Below the pieces are notes generated by a model that was not told where the DNA came from, did no database searches, and was given only the letters and a program-made list of their open reading frames with translations. A DNA stretch of 20,000 nucleotides from an uncultured virus (IMG/VR IMGVR_UViG_3300021087_000674) (taxonomy: Duplodnaviria > Heunggongvirae > Uroviricota > Caudoviricetes), in the IMG/VR virus record IMGVR_UViG_3300021087_000674; one strand, written 5' to 3'. Shown one piece after another: positions 18,601 through 20,000 of this stretch (the stretch's first letter is position 1; each line of letters opens with the position of its first letter). Position numbers and translations under genes: made by a program.

Positions 18601-20000
18601 TTGTTAATGCGTAATATGGATTGCCTGGATCTCCTACTGTAATTGATATTTTTTTAGAACCACCTGATCCTAACATATCAGTAAAATAAAAAGGCATACT
18701 TTTATTTTTATCTTTATTAATTCTTCGTAGAACTTCGTCAACCATATTAGCTGGTGTTCCGTCCATTCCTAAATCTTTAGCTTGTTCTAAAAATTGTCTT
18801 TTAAATTTACTGTATTCATTTTGAGAATATCTTATTGATTTAATTATGTTAGTTTCTTTATTGCAAAGATGATATATAGCAAGATTTGTTAATCCTGAAT
18901 GTTGTAAAAATTTTCTACCATACTTAGAAATATTACCCAAGTCTCTTAAATTATTGCCACCTGGTGAAGTTCCTTCAAATCCCGGGACTTCTTCCACAAT
19001 AGAATTAACATGGTCGCCTACTTGTCCAAGTGTAAATGTAGATATTTTGTTGTTTAATGGGTTAGATTCTAAATTTTTAGGAAATTCATAATATCCATTT
19101 GTATTTTTCTTTGTAGCACTTTTAGTTCTTAAAATAACTATATCACCTGCTGTTAAATCTTTTGTAAATCTAATATATGCAATACCATTAATTCTATTAA
19201 TAGCATAATCAGTTGTTACTTTTTTAATTTTATGATTAACAAAAACTTTAACATCTAAATCATTTAGATCTCCACTTCTTTCATACACATCTACTGCAAA
19301 ATCATTTACTTGCGTAGACACATCATATTGTCTAATAACTTTTTGACTAATTTTAACGTCAGCAGTTTCCCAACCAGATACAACTTCGAAAATAGTTAAA
19401 TTAGAATATTTTCTTAATAAACCTGAATTAGTATTAACCGTTGTTAATTCATCTACTAATTGATAAGAAAATGTTTCATTTATTAAATTAAAATTAAAAA
19501 CAATATCTCCCATATTAGTAACACTTTGATATGTTAATGGAAATCCTAGTTCTGTATCATTAGTTCCAGTTCCTTCTTTATAACTAAAAATTTTATTTCC
19601 TACAAAATTAGTACTTGAATATGTAGTTGTATCTGAATAACTAATACCATTGTCATCAAATAAATCAAATAATGGAGATTGATTTACTTTAGTTTTTGAT
19701 TGTGTTATTTTCCATTTTGAACCATCATAATAATACATTTTACCAATGTTTGTTGTTCCATTTTTAATTAACACAACATCATTTGTAGTTGGTGTAGTAT
19801 CTGTGGCTTCTTGAAGAGCAATTTGTTTTGTGGCAACGCCATTCGAAGTTATAGTTATAATTTTTACAGTATAAATTTTATTATTAACAGTTATATCTGT
19901 ATCAGCAGTAAACAATACTCTCATACCATCTACAAGCAAAACGCCATCTGCATAATATCCAGTAGAACCTTCTATAGTTGACATTACGTCAGTTGTTGCT
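6671..20000 (-). CDS. Giant modular virion structural protein, probably baseplate wedge/hub-associated; 5'-truncated by the window edge (>4437 aa)
   Basis: Uninterrupted ORF. Codons upstream of the called ATG (19984) read GCA ACA ACT GAC GTA with no stop, so the true start probably lies beyond 20000. Contains FG-GAP-like propeller blades, CBM5/12-like aromatic repeats, GxGY..P repeats and GDGST repeats, as seen in structural proteins of large T4-like phages. Lies directly upstream of tail fibre genes. Stop TAA at 6671-6673. Confidence 0.8.
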   Translation of the reverse strand, partial: ATTDVMSTIEGSTGYYADGVLLVDGMRVLFTADTDITVNNKIYTVKIITITSNGVATKQIALQEATDTTPTTNDVVLIKNGTTNIGKMYYYDGSKWKITQSKTKVNQSPLFDLFDDNGISYSDTTTYSSTNFVGNKIFSYKEGTGTNDTELGFPLTYQSVTNMGDIVFNFNLINETFSYQLVDELTTVNTNSGLLRKYSNLTIFEVVSGWETADVKISQKVIRQYDVSTQVNDFAVDVYERSGDLNDLDVKVFVNHKIKKVTTDYAINRINGIAYIRFTKDLTAGDIVILRTKSATKKNTNGYYEFPKNLESNPLNNKISTFTLGQVGDHVNSIVEEVPGFEGTSPGGNNLRDLGNISKYGRKFLQHSGLTNLAIYHLCNKETNIIKSIRYSQNEYSKFKRQFLEQAKDLGMDGTPANMVDEVLRRINKDKNKSMPFYFTDMLGSGGSKKISITVGDPGNPYYALTNVFSLSELSDKSVLVYKNDIQLLHGADYVFNSEGFIQIKTTLLKDDKLIIVEYDTTNGSYIPATPSKLGLYPKTMPAIYADTTVVTPAAGMNVIQGHDGSIEVAFNDYRDDIILELEKRIYNNIKVAYDEEIFDIHDFIPGHYRKTDYSLDAINKSLLTDFTNWLSYTGNIDYTENTYQTTYGSDPFVFNYGNMSSHDKKPLLGWWRGVYKQAYDTDRPHTHPWEMLGFTEKPTWFDTVYGAAPYTSDNLILWQDLQDGIIREPNKNIVIKENYKRPDLLKHIPVNSSGLLVSPHDSNFSQEYVAHLTRSPFKFGDHAPVENAWRRSSDYRFAVITSWMLNQPSHVITIAWDRSRVIRNTAKQLVYKDTGSRIKLADLKFPNSVSDENKILTAGLVNYIYEYVETDLLTNYSNYRNNVKKITNQLAFKVRGYTKKDKFKLLLDSRTPLNTGNVFVPEENYNIILNTSAPINVVTYSGLIIEKLASGFTIKGYDRNDPTIKYFAPIKKQADAVIRIGGVSASFVNWGENKRYDIGMIAKYGDDYYSTKEQHISSTVFDGTKFIKLQELPIEGGASAYLRTNFESTASEIAYGTLFREIQDVFDFILGYGKYLESLGFIFDEFNRDIKAVANWQLSAKEFLYWTTQGWAEGSVISLSPLANKLKLKTSYCVGDNVFDNFYDYTLFKEDGTKLDKEFVRVVKQYNDYEIITKNTVNGIYYAKIPLVQKEHVVVIDNKTIFSDIIYDIESGYRQDRLKVLGYVTADWTGGLNVPGFIYDQANVIEWSPYTDYVMSDIIKHKEFYYTAKSKIKGSSTFTDSDWDKLDGKPVPDLFPNFEYKTNQFADFFDLDTDNFDSTQQRMAQHLIGYQKRPFLQNIINDDVSQYKFYQGYIQEKGTKNVLTKLFDALSSADKESVDFFEEWAIRKGHYGVSQGFEEVEYILDEGKFRSNPQPFELTNTIDPLATDLVIRQKDSDVYLKPENYTHKPFPTKYESTPYLPTAGYVDPSDVKFIVAKYDDLLNLDTTVLKQGHYIWVGNYKNDWEVFKFSNTQAKLSKIEKSGDLIVVTTQNTANVIVGEIFAIREGTSTYILKANKVELNVITCDAKTGIQAKDPAVGYVSQFKSSRIAGITDVNSKIIDAGLQDNEKFWVDKNDNNKWSVLNNSFVYKTHQEISNPNNVANTQFGKVLASNDANNILVVGAPNDSDGRVFVYKRGGDNSINNLFQVLETPPQDPALNKLDVYDAGAKFGSSVAISPDGKYIIVGAPEASNVRTYYKGEYDVANSYTIEDIVKYKEQLWKVVNPILPEDPSVDFTTFDSHTFAKETTYNSITGNYTPLTQIILGNYIFTNATTDHLLIRASLDQYQGTNIGDKLQLSWNKWNTFVPPSGSSYEPFNGYNANVTNALQGEQTITQKVDEILSIDQTLSDLTVNDVIKTDSADGTVAWVNKVGTQSLIYLKDVKGNFSATGDLLLGTINVGTYQRVFQEDIDYLGGWWKIDIGTTVNNWPYVSETNPYLVIYDIIRQGINRTALSYYNVLSGTQNADLPGVPRTSEMGILSYYKTYSIAGQPVFQGLVTDQRFFFRLGTAFNTKVVGNTINGWLNTIRDSNNIVFDPSVMGLNFSDINKELTINGIWNGYITVDAEADNLGNFYIPTVGSIVRDQTTMKTAEVTFVKTIDFNKIQLFLKDATGAFKKGLDAGETSDIYLIGTPDRKIGTLRDARLDVNGQSGPYFVFDSGKTLISTTNTDIEVRHYDKEYWFYDEQILDGIARSANIPGSTNKDYLQVYNISAGEGVQSGNTNQGAYSVYEIGTNDLFAHIGTFIVPDTKNDLKVGSKIEIRKVGDETVAYIGASGNLSSTTSGKIYFVKRSTTKNWALSTNPLYMGEFNVTLSYATGEYTIYNSELYKAKTNLVAGAWNSSYWEKQSTGTDYLGYIPNDSGITLEGDSTLNQSNLVMFGDQFDVNSTGTILVTNLLYSTDAQKVAVYRLQEGYYSYSQTITSPEDSSPNINFANSVAISEDGSMLSIGSPLKDFANAVDAGVVYTYLQSSGVYTLNQSLRSPDSENSENFGYQLGFDGNTLAVTSLKGDITITTAFDTTTTIFDTGATTFYKVMSDSGAVHLFERSGNTLLYAEKFVYTNDGAVEFGRNTLINDNHVYIGLPTLTLSDNNKGTVVDFRKTKGKSSWMQTVEGADHVEIDKIKSVFIYNKETNSVISNLDYIDPVLGKIAGTAEQELYYKTHYDPAIYNVGTSAVTIDTNNHWAEGEVGRLWWDLSTVRYYYPYQGNIIFNNNHWNKQFIGSSVDVYEWVESIYKPSVWTEIASTNEGDSLGISGTPKYDDTVYVTRNTYDKIAQTTKPKYYYWVKNKQNTPDVEFRSLSALAVSKLIDDPKGQGYKYITFFDSNKFALVNCESLLSNTDSILNVRYWTIDNKELNIHNEYQIMTEGLSTSKPSTEIEKVWYNSLIGYDKQGNTVPDPGLSDKLKYGTLYKPRQSWFKNHQEALKELIERTNSVLKLNLIVDDIDLTDLSKADVQPTANTKLFDKTADVVGDLAFIGTSTVKKAELLPTIVNGKITGVTILSKGKGYVTVPTLEISGNSGSGAVIELTIDALGQVDTATVKINGEGYTSNTKIIVRQYSVLVKSDTELGGKWAIYGYDSNLSSWNRTSSQKYNVDLYWSYIDWYDTGYNQFTAIDYTVSESYLLESLDDSIGDIVKIENIGTGGWLLLEKIDNKPNVDYTVNYKTIGRQNGTITFKNTLYQFGSNTVGYASTSYDTVLYDRQPVQETRIILETLRDKIFINDLEIYYNDLFFASLRYALSENKLTDWAFKTSFIKVKHNAGDLKQKATYQNDNLSDFEEYIKEVKPYKTNIREYVSSYEKVIPSSSVITDFDLPARYDDENQITPSSAKLVGTALTGTDTITSYPDKHWLENVGFKIISFNIGDKGSGYITPPIVSITGGGGSGATAQAYISGGKVTSVIILKEGLGYLTAPTVTLQGGIKDATTGTVAKVSAVLGKSLVKATHLTVKFDRTSGTYLITSLARTETFAGNNSVLDYYLKWPLDLRRNTIKVTVNNIENLSSEYTYTNKLDTTKDYNRYIGHIKFTLPPANLHAIKIEYMIDASKLQAQDRINLFYTPTSGMPGKELAQILDGIDYGGVEVRSLGFDTASGWDTDSYMAGSWDTYDATFEDEILKMDGSTNSLTLSKALEDGTVYNIYKNAIRIDDPNYGTGNTVTNKNAMMQSVTGDGSTMTITFDTVPTVAGDVIVVRKSTSDGSFLPDPEAYDTLLAGGDLAYSSATGLKAEDIIVEGDDFVSHTTSKGPEEFVPGQVLDTLDIQVYDKGGESGSRINSYNHTGDGATTDYPFNEYPQSSDAVFVSVNNILQESNTYVVDYPNKLLKFNNAPALNSKVNFVTMSNNGEKVLDFDTFTGDGSTLDYVTRATWIDNSINTFVRVNGQSVSYTILKSDSSYAVLDKVVVRFASAPPADSVVNIVVYASASQTFSEVTEDNFTGDGSTNYFQLSQTPFNQKPLSFNTVVRVGNNILNAGFTKTFTIDNNREYEFETWQEIPGSILPADVRAFLNGVELVQGQQYTWNSGTTSITLITGVGVAGDILKVFAMSNGQYTLNETTGVITFSNVPLANDTISVYQFSNHDIAKIERINYDVVARLTVTVGTDDYYMYKQLTNGLIKLRQLAEDAQYVWVTLNGELLAPSVDYKVTNDQMYLKINRSLATNDVIDIVHFTAPKFVSKFGYRQFKDMMNKTHYKRLGNTNKYQLATSLKWTDQELELENAVGITEPSIADNNPGVLFIEGERLEYFVKTGNILSQLRRGTYGTGVKDMHIVGAEVLDQGQFQTVPYKDEFLTEQYTADGSTNAITIGFTPKSANEFELFVGGKRMRKNDISVYDSTQGQDSPEADVTSPAEFTVDGISPVVILTTTPIAGTKIITIRKLGKKWQSGIKPLSQSDNDIARFLRQKELALPQ
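6990..9040 (-). repeat. Protein-level (G)DGST beta-sandwich repeats in the C-terminal part of the giant protein
   Basis: MDGSTNSL, TGDGSTMTI, TGDGATTDY, TGDGSTLDY, TGDGSTNYF and ADGSTNAI, several followed by V.VN....Y.V.....F...P. Coordinates approximate. Confidence 0.65.
12090..15065 (-). repeat. Protein-level FG-GAP-like beta-propeller blades (about 7) within the giant protein
   Basis: Blades: FGKVLASNDANNILVVGAP, FGSSVAISPDGKYIIVGAP, VGSKIEIRKVGDETVAYIGAS, FGDQFDVNSTGTILVT, FANSVAISEDGSMLSIGSP, FGYQLGFDGNTLAVTS and FGRNTLINDNHVYIGLP. Most are followed by a G-x-V-Y/F strand. Coordinates approximate. Confidence 0.65.

Noticed and set aside
19982..19984. ATG called as the start of the giant protein
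   Set aside because: The frame stays open to the window edge and there is no SD, so this is probably an internal Met.
1..20000. Stop-codon reassignment (code 15 or 4)
   Set aside because: Genes are intact and fill the window under code 11. All five visible stops are TAA, so there is no positive evidence for recoding, although it cannot be strictly excluded.
6671..20000. Bacterial giant adhesin/RTX protein or intein-containing protein
   Set aside because: No GGxGxD RTX nonapeptides, autotransporter barrel, LPxTG motif, intein Cys...His-Asn or LAGLIDADG motifs were seen, and the gene context is phage tail.
1..20000. CRISPR array, tRNA, ncRNA or intrinsic terminators
   Set aside because: Intergenic gaps are at most 25 nt, and no spaced direct repeats or GC hairpin plus U-tract were seen.

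Overview
AT-rich (roughly 30% GC by eye), almost fully coding window from what is most likely a large T4-like or jumbo tailed phage (myovirus). It contains one tightly packed minus-strand virion-structure operon. In transcription order: a giant modular structural protein (>4437 aa, frame still open at the right edge, probably baseplate-associated); a conserved-looking 203-aa protein; three paralogous tail fibre/spike genes (669, 759 and 492 aa) with a shared N-terminal module and three unrelated C-termini (tail collar with HxH tip, unknown domain, Peptidase_G2-like autocleaving chaperone); and the start of a sixth gene (1-222) missed by the ORF track. A TAAATA motif resembling a T4 late promoter sits at three gene junctions. 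I saw no RNA genes, CRISPR array, mobile element or diversity-generating system. The points of interest are protein architecture and operon design. All family calls come from motif recognition by eye, not from database searches.
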